From assembly GCA_963835065.1 (NCBI GenBank), contig CAWIEK010000019.1:1-64000 (forward strand): a stretch of 64,000 nt of DNA, read 5' to 3'. The position numbers and the translations under genes were made by a program. A model generated the notes under the pieces. That model did not search any database. It saw only the letters and a list, made by a program, of their open reading frames with translations, and was not told the DNA's origin. Numbering within the stretch: position 1 is the stretch's first letter; the number at the start of each line of letters is the position of its first letter. Shown here one piece after another: positions 18,691 to 28,755 of the stretch. Origin of the DNA: an uncultured Chthonomonadaceae bacterium (lineage in GTDB: Bacteria > Armatimonadota > Chthonomonadetes > Chthonomonadales > Chthonomonadaceae).

Positions 18691-19384
18691 GTTCCAATGT
18701 CCTGCAAACGACTGGAAGGCGCAGCCGTTTTCGGGTGACGAGCGCGTTGAAGACTATCTGGAACATCTGATCGCGCCCTTGATTGGTGTTGTGCCTTATT
18801 CGGAGCGTAAGGCTTTTCGTCAGGAAGCTCACGCCCATTTGGAAGGGCTGATCCGCGAATATAGCTGGCAGGGGCAAAATGAGCGCGCGGCAACAGAAAG
18901 CGCCTTGCGGGAGTTCGGCGAACCCTGGAAAGTGGGACAAGCCTTCTTACAGGAATGGCTGCAGGGAACTCCCCGCCTGCGTCCCGTCCTGCTGATTCGC
19001 AAAGCGACCTTTACAGCGTTCGCCTGGTTTGGCGCAGCCTCCATGCTGACTCTGCTGCTGCTGGAACAAACGGCGCTTACTCCCGCCCACGATGCTTTGC
19101 TTCCCGGCATCGCGCTGCTGGCCTTCCTGGCTCCCTTCGCCGCCGGCGGCCTGACCGGGGCAATGGCTCCTTTACAGGCGGGGCGCGGGGCGCGTAACGC
19201 GATACTGATTCTGGTCTTACATTCCCTCGCCGCCGGCCTGCTCCTGCAGCCAAAAGTCGAAGGCCTGGCTTTTGCGGGGTGGCAGTTGTTTTTCTGGCTG
19301 CCTGCCGGCTGGGGCAGCGCGGCGGTGACAGCCAAATGTGTACAGCAGGTTCGGCGTCGCCATTTTTGGCAGGTCGCTCGTTAG
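18674..19384 (+). CDS. PadR-associated membrane protein (HAAS/permease-prefix domain)
   Basis: EAHAHLE..ALREFGEP followed by 4 TMs; overlaps padR. Confidence 0.8.
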   Translation: MSNLPEFQCPANDWKAQPFSGDERVEDYLEHLIAPLIGVVPYSERKAFRQEAHAHLEGLIREYSWQGQNERAATESALREFGEPWKVGQAFLQEWLQGTPRLRPVLLIRKATFTAFAWFGAASMLTLLLLEQTALTPAHDALLPGIALLAFLAPFAAGGLTGAMAPLQAGRGARNAILILVLHSLAAGLLLQPKVEGLAFAGWQLFFWLPAGWGSAAVTAKCVQQVRRRHFWQVAR

Positions 19385-19443
19385 CGGTGTTGTGTCAGCA
19401 TCATTGTGGCGCGATGCCGCGCCCACTCAGAAAGGATACGCGC

Positions 19444-20145
19444 ATGAACACACGTTTCTCTCGCTTGCCCGGATTTACCCTCGTCGAGATGTTGGTCGTA
19501 ATTGCCATCATTGGCTTATTGGCGGCTCTGCTTTTCCCCATATTCGCTAAAGTACGCGCCAAAGCGCGACAAACAACGTGTGCCGACAATATGCGCCAAT
19601 TGGGGCAGGCGTTCATCCTGTATGCGCAGGACTACGATCAGTGCCTGCCCGATCAGTGGTCAGGCCGGACGCCGAATGATCTCAATAAATTGGCTATCAG
19701 CAGCGCCTGGGAGACTTACCTGCGCCCCTATACGAAGAGTGTGGAAATCAACCGCTGTCCCGATGACACGCTTTCGGTTCCTCTCAAAGTGCCCGGCACG
19801 AACATCACGCTGTTCAGCTCGTATGCCACGCCCTGGAATGTGCAGGGGAAATCACTGTCCGCCATCCCTGCCTCCGCCGCGACCGTGCTGCTTGCCGAGA
19901 ACATACAATACGATGACCTGGCCGGGGTAAATTGGTTTGTGAAATGGCTTGGATGGCCCAGGATCGAATCCGGTGAGCAATACTCCTCGGTAGTGCCGAT
20001 ATTTCGCCACAACGAAATGGGCAATTATCTCTTTGTGGACACCCATATCAAAGCCCTGCGCGGTCCCAATCCCAGGTTTGCGGGCTACAAAATGGACACA
20101 GATGGCGTCGCTGTGTGTGACACCGGCGATCCGTTGCCACAGTAG
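19444..20145 (+). CDS. Prepilin-type N-terminal cleavage/methylation (DUF1559-like) protein
   Basis: GFTLVEMLVVIAII..ARQTTCADNMRQLG; C-terminal RHNEMGNYLFVDTH. Confidence 0.92.
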   Translation: MNTRFSRLPGFTLVEMLVVIAIIGLLAALLFPIFAKVRAKARQTTCADNMRQLGQAFILYAQDYDQCLPDQWSGRTPNDLNKLAISSAWETYLRPYTKSVEINRCPDDTLSVPLKVPGTNITLFSSYATPWNVQGKSLSAIPASAATVLLAENIQYDDLAGVNWFVKWLGWPRIESGEQYSSVVPIFRHNEMGNYLFVDTHIKALRGPNPRFAGYKMDTDGVAVCDTGDPLPQ

Positions 20146-20166
20146 TCTGCAAAGCAGTTCTGCAAG

Positions 20167-22995
20167 TCAGCGGTGCGGCGATTTGACCGGGCGCGTTCGC
20201 GGGGCGGCAGACCGGGACGCAAGGGCGGCGCGGAGGGGCGTTTTCGCTTTCGGCATTGGCGCAGGCATTTTCAAGGACGCGATTTTTACGGGCGCGGCAG
20301 GACGTATTTGCCCCGGCGTAAATAGCGGCAGACCCGACAATCCCGCCATTTCGACAGCCTGCGTTGCGGTTGTAAACATCCGTCCCTGCGCAAGCCCATT
20401 GATACCCGGCGTATCGCAGGCCAAAGTCGCGCGCCCCTCCTGCATTTCCAGTTCCCACGTCCCGTCAATCATCCACAGGGAAAGCAGTTGTTTGGTGATT
20501 TTCGATTGACGATTTTCGATTGACGATTTTCGATTGGTGATTTTAGATTGGCTTGTCACAGGATTCTGATTTCCCGCTGTTTTCTTCTTTTCTTCTTTTC
20601 TCCTTTTCTCCTTTTCTTCCCCCGCTGACTCAAGCCAGACGCGGGTGGGCAAGGTGGCGGAGCGTCCGAAGGTGACGACGGGCGGGGCGCCGGGATTGCG
20701 CAGGACCCAGGTGTTGATGTAACCGGGCGGGGCTTTCTCTAAAACTTGGCCTGTGTTGTCGGCCCGCGTCACCATTTTTACAATTAAGTGGCGCGAGCGT
20801 TCTATGGGAAGGCCATCGAGGGACAGGGCGAACAGGGTTCCGAAGGGTGATTGGGTGGAAAAACGCAGGTTGCCCACGCTGTAGATTTGTCCCGGCGCGA
20901 ACTCCCCGGATACGACGCGCAGGGTGGGCGCGTTGATTTCCAGCCTCCCCTGGCCGGCATTGCAAACGATCTGCCCTGTGTCGCTGCGCCAGATATGCCC
21001 GCTCACGGACGCGCTCGAAACGGGAACGCCGTTGCCGCGCAGGGTGTTGAGCAGGTTTATCAGCGCGCGGCGATCTGATTGGGCGTTGGTGGGCACGAGG
21101 CTGCCCGCGTTGGTTTTGGCGACAAGGGCGTTGTTGACACGGACGGACCAGGCGGCGCGGTACAATTCGCCCGCGTTGTTGGGCCAGTTGAACACGCGGT
21201 CGGGCGTGTACGCGAACGTCACCTGATGCGCGGCGGGGCGAATCGCCTGATTGAGAAACGCCTGCCCCGCCAGCGCGTACAATCCCCAGGTTGTCGGGTC
21301 CATCTGGACTGCGAAGTCGTTGAGCATGTCGGCTTCGGCTCCGTTGGGCGCCCGGTTGGTCTGGTAGCCGAACAGCAGCACGGCGTCAAAGTCCTGCAAA
21401 CTTGCGTACGCGAGGGCTTCGGGCACGGACGCGGCGCGGTATTGGTTGGGCCAGGTCGTTGCCCATTCGCGCACCACGACGGGCTTGTTCTGCCAGCGCA
21501 GGGCAGCCGTAAACGGCGCAAACCCGCCGGGACTGTCATCGCGGAGGGTGTTGCGGTTGGAATAGTAGTTCAGTCCGGGGGTGCGCGGATCGCCATTCAC
21601 GCTTTCGCCGTACCAGTTTTCGGAGGTAAAATCGCACTCCTGCGCCACGGAAGCCACGTCGGGAATCATGCCGTTGGAAACGACGGCTGTGACGGGACAG
21701 CGCAGCCCGATAGCCCGCAAATGGCTTCGCATCTCTTTGAAATACGCGCGTTGTGTTTGGTATAAAAACTCAATCCCATCGCGCATCCGGGTGGGCGCGC
21801 GGCGAATGTCGGCCACGCCCTGCAGCAAAGGGGAAAACGCTCCGGTCAGAATGGGCAAATCCACGTTGTTGTGATCGGGGTCTTCATCATCGCGCAATAC
21901 ATTCACGCCATTGGTCTGCCCCCACCGAGCGGCAAGTTGGTCGCGGGTCTGGTAACGCGCTTTGAGCCACTGGCTCCATCGCCCCCGCAGATCGGAATTG
22001 TAGGGTTCCACCATCTGCTCCAGCTTTTCCCCGTACAGGAAAAAACCGTGTTCGTTGCAGATTTCCACAAGGGCAAGGGCGGGGTCGTCAATGGGCATCA
22101 CGCCGGAATAGCGGTTTTTGTGCAGCAGCAGTTGGCTGGCGTATTCCTTTTGCAGTTGAATGAGATAGCGGTCGAACAGGGCGTAAGGCCGCGCGCCGCG
22201 CGCCATTTGCGCCGCGTTGAGGACGCCATCCCCGGCCTTGAAGGTGCGAAAATCCAGCAGGTCGAGATAGTAGCGCATCCCGTGCCGGCGCAGGCAATCC
22301 ATCCAGTAGTCCAGCCGGTCCAAGTAGGCAAGGTCGAAATGCTGCGAGTCGGGCGCGTCCACGCTTCCAAGCAGGCAGTTGCGGTTGTCAACGGCTTCCA
22401 GACGGACCATATTCAGGCCGGCCTGCTGAAAGTTGGAAACGACCTGCTCAATCTGCGCGTTGGGAATGTTGAGGCGCGTACTGGAAACATTGATGCCCCA
22501 AAACCGCGCCCGCGTCCCATCTTCGTAATGAAAATGCCCGTCATTGCCCACCGTCACAAAGCCATGTTTGGCAATGTTGTTATCAAGTTTATCGCTCAGG
22601 TCAAGGAGGGAGGAGGGGGGCAAGTAAGGCTGCGTGGCGGGAGTTTTGGCCGGTATTATGTTGTCTGCGCGTACGGAAAGGCTGGTGAACAAGCTCGGTA
22701 TCGTCAATGCCAGTAAAATGGCGCGAATTGTCCGGCAAGGAAATATGGGATGGTTCTGTGCGTTCGGGCGCGACGGGCTGAACCCCTTCGCTGTATGGCC
22801 TACGGCCCAGTGTCCTTCGGACACAATGTTTTTTACAAGAGGGTTCTGTCCGAAGGACAGTCGGCGGAACGCCCTACAGCGAAGGGGTTCAGCCCGTCGC
22901 CTAAACGCGGCAAGCCTCCTACAAATCAAGGCCGATAGGGCTTGGCGAACAAGATGGAGTATAGAAATAAGCAAAAGAAAATCCTGACAGCGCAT
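20167..22995 (-). CDS. GH5-like secreted glycoside hydrolase (true start probably downstream of the ORF start)
   Basis: RFWGIN, NMVRL, YYLDL, DDPALALVEICNE; signal-like stretch near 22670-22735. Confidence 0.75.
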   Translation of the reverse strand: MRCQDFLLLISILHLVRQALSALICRRLAAFRRRAEPLRCRAFRRLSFGQNPLVKNIVSEGHWAVGHTAKGFSPSRPNAQNHPIFPCRTIRAILLALTIPSLFTSLSVRADNIIPAKTPATQPYLPPSSLLDLSDKLDNNIAKHGFVTVGNDGHFHYEDGTRARFWGINVSSTRLNIPNAQIEQVVSNFQQAGLNMVRLEAVDNRNCLLGSVDAPDSQHFDLAYLDRLDYWMDCLRRHGMRYYLDLLDFRTFKAGDGVLNAAQMARGARPYALFDRYLIQLQKEYASQLLLHKNRYSGVMPIDDPALALVEICNEHGFFLYGEKLEQMVEPYNSDLRGRWSQWLKARYQTRDQLAARWGQTNGVNVLRDDEDPDHNNVDLPILTGAFSPLLQGVADIRRAPTRMRDGIEFLYQTQRAYFKEMRSHLRAIGLRCPVTAVVSNGMIPDVASVAQECDFTSENWYGESVNGDPRTPGLNYYSNRNTLRDDSPGGFAPFTAALRWQNKPVVVREWATTWPNQYRAASVPEALAYASLQDFDAVLLFGYQTNRAPNGAEADMLNDFAVQMDPTTWGLYALAGQAFLNQAIRPAAHQVTFAYTPDRVFNWPNNAGELYRAAWSVRVNNALVAKTNAGSLVPTNAQSDRRALINLLNTLRGNGVPVSSASVSGHIWRSDTGQIVCNAGQGRLEINAPTLRVVSGEFAPGQIYSVGNLRFSTQSPFGTLFALSLDGLPIERSRHLIVKMVTRADNTGQVLEKAPPGYINTWVLRNPGAPPVVTFGRSATLPTRVWLESAGEEKEKRRKEEKKKTAGNQNPVTSQSKITNRKSSIENRQSKITKQLLSLWMIDGTWELEMQEGRATLACDTPGINGLAQGRMFTTATQAVEMAGLSGLPLFTPGQIRPAAPVKIASLKMPAPMPKAKTPLRAALASRSAAPRTRPVKSPHR

Positions 22996-23018
22996 TAACG
23001 TTGAGGTGATGAAAACAA

Positions 23019-24149
23019 TTATGCAGGCGCAAAGCGCGACAATCGAAAGCGGCTCAGGTCATAGCCGACAGGCTTGTCCTGCGCGAGATCGGCTAGTATC
23101 TGGCCGAGCAGGGGGGTGAACTTGAAGCCATGCCCGCTCAGGCCACCGACAACAAATGTATGCGGCAGGCCGGGAACCCTATCAAGAATGAAATCCTCGT
23201 CCGGCGTGTTGGTGTACAGGCACACTTTGGAGTACGCAACTTCGCTGCCGAGCCAGGGAAACCGTTTTTGCGCGTAGGCGAGCGTACTCTCTATATCGGC
23301 AGTTGTCACATCGCGGTTTACCGTTTCCGGCGTGGTTGCCGTTCCCCGGTCATGCAGGCCGATTTTGACGCCCGGCACGTCGCCAAGCTGCGGAAAGCCA
23401 TAAAAATTTGTACCCGCGTCAATCCAGACAGGGAATTGCCCCACCCCGAATATTTCCGGGCGCGTGGCCGGCTGAAGATGGATGTACGGCTGCCGCGTGA
23501 CTACCAGCGGAACCGAAACCCTGAATTCCGCCAGTTTTGGCCCCGTCCAGGGTCCCGCCGTGAGCAGCAGCCGATCCCCTGCTATGATTGTACCCGCAGC
23601 CGTTGTCACCCTGACGCCGCTTGCGTCCGCTGTGATGCCGACAACGGGTGTATTTTCCTGAATTATTGCCCCATGCTGCCGCGCCAGTCTTACCGCCGCT
23701 TTCACGCAACGCGACGCGCGGGCGTAGCCCATACTCGGCTCGTAAACGGCGGCTTCGTCGGCCTCCAGCGCAAAGGCGGGGAAACGCTTCGCGCACTCGG
23801 CCTTATCCAGTACCTCGTGTGCTACGCCGCTCACTCCCAACGCTGCCTGCGCCTGCTGAATCAGGGGATGATGGACAGGTCCGACAAACACGCCGCCCGC
23901 CCGCAGAAACAATTCCTCGTCCGGGCATTGCGCCTGCAACTCGTCCCACAATGTATACGCATCCGCCATCAGACTTGTATACAGCGCGTCGGGATACACG
24001 CGGCGCACAATGCGGCTGTCGCCATAGGAACTGCCCCGGTCATGGTCCAGGCCGAACTGCTCGAACGCAACAACGTCCTGCCCCGCCCGCGCCAATCGCC
24101 ACGCCGCCATCGCCCCCACGCCACCCACGCCGATAATCAACACGCGCAT
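23019..24149 (-). CDS. solA: N-methyl-L-tryptophan/sarcosine oxidase
   Basis: GVGGVG FAD motif, HDRGSSYGDSRI, CLYTNTPDEDFI, SGHGFKF. Confidence 0.9.
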   Translation of the reverse strand: MRVLIIGVGGVGAMAAWRLARAGQDVVAFEQFGLDHDRGSSYGDSRIVRRVYPDALYTSLMADAYTLWDELQAQCPDEELFLRAGGVFVGPVHHPLIQQAQAALGVSGVAHEVLDKAECAKRFPAFALEADEAAVYEPSMGYARASRCVKAAVRLARQHGAIIQENTPVVGITADASGVRVTTAAGTIIAGDRLLLTAGPWTGPKLAEFRVSVPLVVTRQPYIHLQPATRPEIFGVGQFPVWIDAGTNFYGFPQLGDVPGVKIGLHDRGTATTPETVNRDVTTADIESTLAYAQKRFPWLGSEVAYSKVCLYTNTPDEDFILDRVPGLPHTFVVGGLSGHGFKFTPLLGQILADLAQDKPVGYDLSRFRLSRFAPA

Positions 24150-24296
24150 CTGCCTGCCTCGCAATCAGAGAACTATTTTACCACGGATGAAACGGATGAA
24201 ACGGATTGTCGCGGATAAGATGTGATGAGAAGATGTCTATCTGTGACAGCCTGCTCGTCGCCCGCCGGTTATGCCGCCGTATAAAGAATAAAGAAA

Positions 24297-24403
24297 TATG
24301 TAGAGGCATCGTCGAAATCTTGGCAATACAGCGCTTCCAGCCCGGTGTCTCGTTGTGTCTGGTTGTAGGAGAGAGGCATCGTGACCTCAGCGGCGTCAGG
24401 GCG
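24297..24403 (-). repeat. 107-nt dispersed element, copy 2
   Basis: Reverse complement matches 3226-3332. Confidence 0.9.
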
Positions 24404-24796
24404 GCAGTGGGAGCAGGCAGAGCATAGGCATCTGTTCTCCTTCCTGTATAGTACCTCACCCCGGGCGTCCATTTATGGACACCCTCTCCTGGCCGTTCGT
24501 TCCTCACCAGGAGAGGGGCTTTTGGGTAGACGCATGTGCATGTTCTTAGACGCCTCCTGTGGAGAAAAGGTTTCAGTCTCTTGCCGGGGACACGCATTTT
24601 TCTTTTGGAGAACTGCGAATGAAAATCATGTACGGGCAGGAGTCGCATCAGGCAGTTCGTAAAATCTTTGTTTTGGACGCACACGGCTTGCGCCTTTGCT
24701 CCCTTCTCCCTCCGAACGCAGTTCGGGAATCAGGGAGAAGGGCCGGGGTTGAGGGTACAAGCCCCATACTGCGCCAACTTGAGTAGTAGCAGCGGA

Positions 24797-25687
24797 TTAC
24801 AAATCGCGTTCTACGATGTAGCGGGCGATGGCGCGGAGGGGAGCGGCGTCCGTGCTGAAATCTTCGAGCGTGGTCAGGGCGGCTTCTACTTCCTCATGCG
24901 CTCGGCGCTTCGACTCGTCCAGACCGTACAGGCGGGGATAGGTGGCTTTGTCCCGTTCCTGATCGCTGCCGACGGGCTTGCCGATTTTGCTTTCGTCGCC
25001 CGTCACGTCCAGAATATCGTCGGCGATTTGGAACGCCAGCCCGATGTGGCCGCCATAGGAGCGCAGGTTTTCCAACTGCTGCGCGTCGCCGCCTGCCAGC
25101 ATCGCGCCGGAGAGGACGGACGCGGTAAGCAATGCGCCGGTTTTGTGGCCGTGAATGTAGCGCAGGGTATCGGGCGTCACTTCCTGCCCCTGCGACTGCA
25201 TATCCACGACCTGCCCGCCCACCATGCCCCACGTCCCGGACGCTTCGGCAACCAGATGCAGCACCGGGATGATGCGCTCGGCGGATACCAGCTTGCCGTT
25301 ATCGGCGATCATTTGAAACGCGAGGGCGAGCAGGGCATCCCCGGCCAATAATGCCATCGCTTCGCCATAAACCTTGTGATTGGTCAGGCGTCCGCGCCGA
25401 TAATCGTCGTTGTCCATGCAGGGCAGGTCGTCGTGGATCAGGCTGAAAGCGTGGATACATTCCAGCGCACAAGCCGTCGGCATCACGTCCCGCGCCTCAC
25501 CGCCCACCGCTTCCGCTGAGGCCAAAACAAGAATGGGCCGCAACCGCTTGCCCGGAGCCAGTACGCTGTAGCGCAGCGAGTCGTGCAGGGTTTCAGGCCG
25601 CGCCGTAATCGGCGGCAAATATTGGTCGAGCGCGGCCTCCACGTCCAGCCGCTTGCGCTCCAGATAAGTTTCGAGGTTGAATATCAA
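24797..25687 (-). CDS. ispA: Farnesyl/geranylgeranyl diphosphate synthase
   Basis: GKRLRP, SLIHDDLPCMD, FQIADDILD; TTG start after GGAG. Confidence 0.93.
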   Translation of the reverse strand: MIFNLETYLERKRLDVEAALDQYLPPITARPETLHDSLRYSVLAPGKRLRPILVLASAEAVGGEARDVMPTACALECIHAFSLIHDDLPCMDNDDYRRGRLTNHKVYGEAMALLAGDALLALAFQMIADNGKLVSAERIIPVLHLVAEASGTWGMVGGQVVDMQSQGQEVTPDTLRYIHGHKTGALLTASVLSGAMLAGGDAQQLENLRSYGGHIGLAFQIADDILDVTGDESKIGKPVGSDQERDKATYPRLYGLDESKRRAHEEVEAALTTLEDFSTDAAPLRAIARYIVERDL

Positions 25688-25701
25688 GCCAATCTCCAAG
25701 A

Positions 25702-26421
25702 TTAGGGAACAGGGGACAGGGAACAGGGAACAGTAAGGCTGGCTTTTTCCTGTTCCCTGTCCCCTGTCCCCTGTTCCCTAAGTGCGTACTGCGCAAGGTA
25801 AGACAAAACGGCGCGAATGACGTCGGTGTGCTGCGCGAAGGGGAAAATGCAGCCGGGATGGGTGGGCGCTTCCGCCGCGTAGGTATGCTCGTCGGCGGGC
25901 ACGTGCAGAAACCCGGCCTGTATGGGATGTTCGGAGGTTTGCAGGGAGTGCAGGACTGTGTACAGCAGATGGTTACACAGGTACGCGCCGGCAGAATTAG
26001 ACAGCACGACGGGTACGCCAACCGTTTCGACAGCCTGCGCGATCAGGGAAGGCGAAAGCGTGGCGGGCAATTGCGCAGGGCCATCCGCGACAATGGTTCT
26101 GCCGGGCGTGGAAAAGCCGTCTACGTCGGGGATGCGCGGGTCGTCCCAATTCAAGCCCTGCGTTTCCACCCGCCAGGCGTAACTGCCCGCCGCCACGCCG
26201 AGCATCAGCGCGATGTCGAACGGCTGCCCACCGCGCCCGCCCGCTTCCAACGCCGCTTGAAACGCCTGCGGCGCGCGGGCAAACGAAGTCGGCAGGGCGC
26301 AAACCGTCAGTTCAAGGCCGGAATGGTTCTGGTTTTCAAAGTGACGCAGCAGGCGTTCGGTCGGGTTGTCCACAACATTGCCGAACGGTCCAAAACCGGT
26401 CAGGAGGATTTGTTTAGGCAT
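25702..26421 (-). CDS. pcp: Pyroglutamyl-peptidase I
   Basis: LLTGFGPFG..NPT, SNSAGAYLCN, GFLHVP. Confidence 0.9.
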   Translation of the reverse strand: MPKQILLTGFGPFGNVVDNPTERLLRHFENQNHSGLELTVCALPTSFARAPQAFQAALEAGGRGGQPFDIALMLGVAAGSYAWRVETQGLNWDDPRIPDVDGFSTPGRTIVADGPAQLPATLSPSLIAQAVETVGVPVVLSNSAGAYLCNHLLYTVLHSLQTSEHPIQAGFLHVPADEHTYAAEAPTHPGCIFPFAQHTDVIRAVLSYLAQYALREQGTGDREQEKASLTVPCSLSPVP

Positions 26422-26450
26422 AACGCTTCCTATGATTTACATCCTGTGAT

Positions 26451-27920
26451 TTACAAACTATGCTGCCACTCTCCCAATCCAATAGCAAGAGCGGCCTCTA
26501 GCCACTCTTCAAAACGTGTTTGTGTTGACGCCGCTGATTCCGCATAGTTAAATTGAAACAGATCGACGCATGGAGAAACGCCGGTATACTCTGTACCGCC
26601 ATCTTCGTGTGATATACGCTGAAATGTGAAAGCCGAGGCGGCCAAAATGCCGTTATATGCAGGACCATAGCCATGGAAACTGACTATTAATTCAAAGCTG
26701 GTTTCAGTATGGATAACCAGGCTTGCCCACGAGCGATAATCAACTGTATTCGCAAAATACCCCAACTGCCGGGCTGTGTCGATAATCTGTCCCGAATAGT
26801 ATATCCGTTTCGAATCCGCATTGTCAGCCTGTTTGGAAACGGCTTTGTAGGCTCTGTCTGCATCGGACGGCGTGAGTTCATAGAGATTCTTGTTCAGGTC
26901 CTCTACCATATCACTGAAACGCTTCACCGTCATAGCCCGCAAAACATCCGCAACCCGAAAGGTTTCGGCCAGGCTCTCTTGTCGCTTTTGCAGCCTGTCT
27001 CGAAGTATTTTTAGACCGCTTTGAAGCGCTTTATCCGCATACCCTGCCTGTCGAACTTGCTGCTCAACTCCTAAAGCCTTCAAGATTGCATCACGTTGAC
27101 GCGCGGCAAACAGATGGATCAACTTGTTCAGGTTGCCATCATCCGCAGTCTCAAGCGCTGCAATGTATTGTTTGCGATCCTCATCCCTGATAACTAAAGG
27201 AAAAAGATCGGCTTTCAGAAAAACCAAAGAGGCAAGAATGCGAGCAACCCGACCATTGCCATCTTGAAAGGGATGAATTTGCGTGAAGCGATGGTGCAGC
27301 CAGGCAGAAAGAACTTCAGGAGCATACTGGCCTTCGTACTCGGCATACCATCCTACCAATTGTTGCATCTCATCACGAACGATTTCTGGAGGTGAATAGA
27401 TGTGCATCTCGCCGTCTTGTCGACGTGGATTGTTAGGAAGTATCTTATAATCGCCACGCCGCAATGGCACTTGGATAATTTTTCCATCCGGTGTCTGAGC
27501 TTCTGTTGATTGCTGATGATCGGTTAGTACCTGATGCATGCCGCGAACGAAATACTCCGTAAAAGGTTGTTCCCCCTTGATGAATTGAAACAGCGCTTCA
27601 ATAGCCTGATATTGGTCATCTATCAAGTTCTTGATATGAGCGGCTTCTTCTCTGCGCAGCCCGGTCGAACTGGCAATCAGAGACGCCTCAATGCCTTGCT
27701 CAATCAGAGTTTCTGTAACGCCTCTGTCCCAATGGTATAGTCTTTCAATAAGACCTGTCTCTATGGCCCACTCACGTTTAAGCTTCTTCAAGAATTCTTC
27801 GTGTTCAGGATGGGTTCTCAAAATCTCGCGCTTTTCGCGCCATACGACAGTCAATGCTTCTAGTTCAGGATTTTTTTGTTGAAACGTGCTGCCCAACATT
27901 GGTTTAATGCGCTCATACAT
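26451..27920 (-). CDS. Fic family protein with C-terminal extension
   Basis: HPFQDGNGRVAR Fic motif; WAIETGLIE; visibly lower GC. Confidence 0.93.
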   Translation of the reverse strand: MYERIKPMLGSTFQQKNPELEALTVVWREKREILRTHPEHEEFLKKLKREWAIETGLIERLYHWDRGVTETLIEQGIEASLIASSTGLRREEAAHIKNLIDDQYQAIEALFQFIKGEQPFTEYFVRGMHQVLTDHQQSTEAQTPDGKIIQVPLRRGDYKILPNNPRRQDGEMHIYSPPEIVRDEMQQLVGWYAEYEGQYAPEVLSAWLHHRFTQIHPFQDGNGRVARILASLVFLKADLFPLVIRDEDRKQYIAALETADDGNLNKLIHLFAARQRDAILKALGVEQQVRQAGYADKALQSGLKILRDRLQKRQESLAETFRVADVLRAMTVKRFSDMVEDLNKNLYELTPSDADRAYKAVSKQADNADSKRIYYSGQIIDTARQLGYFANTVDYRSWASLVIHTETSFELIVSFHGYGPAYNGILAASAFTFQRISHEDGGTEYTGVSPCVDLFQFNYAESAASTQTRFEEWLEAALAIGLGEWQHSL

Positions 27921-28198
27921 GAAGTTGTCTCCAGCATTTTGATCGTAAGCAGGTTCTTAGCCACCAAATATGAAGACATTATACCATTCTCCGGCAATCT
28001 GCTAATGTTCCAACTGGTTGAATTTGCAGCCTACCTCGGTCCTTGTTGTTCGACTTGATTTGTGAAAACTCCTGCCGGATGATTTGTAGTAGCCGTACAG
28101 CAATTTGCAGCAAAACGCTGAACCTTTTTCTTGTTCGGGAACCTATACAGGGTGAAGCAGGCGAGAACATGCGGATATCTGGGCACGGGCGGAGGCAC

Positions 28199-28755
28199 AT
28201 GGAGCGAAGCGACATAGAATTGATGCTGTGCGCGCAAAAGGGCGACCTGTCCGCGTTTCAGGAACTGACCCGGCGATACCGCGAACCCTTGCGTCGTTTT
28301 TTTGCCGCGCTGCTGCTGGAATCCTCCCAAGCGGACGATTGCGTACAGGAAACGTTTCTGCGGCTGTGGCTGCTGCGGCAGGCGTACCAGCCGACGGGCA
28401 AGTTTTCCACCTACCTGTTCCAGATCGGCAAGCACCATCTGCTCAATCACAAGCGCAAACTGCGGCAGGACGCGCAATGCCTGCCGGTTGAACAGGCGCA
28501 AAACGTGGCGATGCCCGAACAAACTCAGCCGGAATGGATTGTGCTGAGATAGACAGGCAAGCGCGGATGCGGCAGGCTATCGGGAAGCTGCCGCTCCATT
28601 TGCGCGAGGTGGTAGAATTGCGTCACACAAAACAATACACGTATGCGGAAATTGCGCAGAAGCTGCAAGTTCCCGTTGGCACGGTGAAATCGCGCCTGTC
28701 GGAAGCGACCCGTCGCTTGAGGCAAGCGTTTTCCGAAGGAGAAACCGAATTATGA
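28199..28755 (+). CDS. ECF sigma factor (frameshift near 28545)
   Basis: Region 2 (ADDCVQETFLRLW, FSTYLFQI) and region 4 (YAEIAQKLQVPVGTVKSRL) in two frames. Confidence 0.9.

Noticed and set aside
24300..24400. Glycine riboswitch upstream of solA
   Set aside because: The GGAGAG-like words are on the wrong strand and the other conserved aptamer elements are missing.
3226..24403. 107-nt repeat pair as a DGR template/variable repeat
   Set aside because: Mismatches are not confined to adenines on either strand, neither copy ends a clear target gene, and no reverse transcriptase is in the window.
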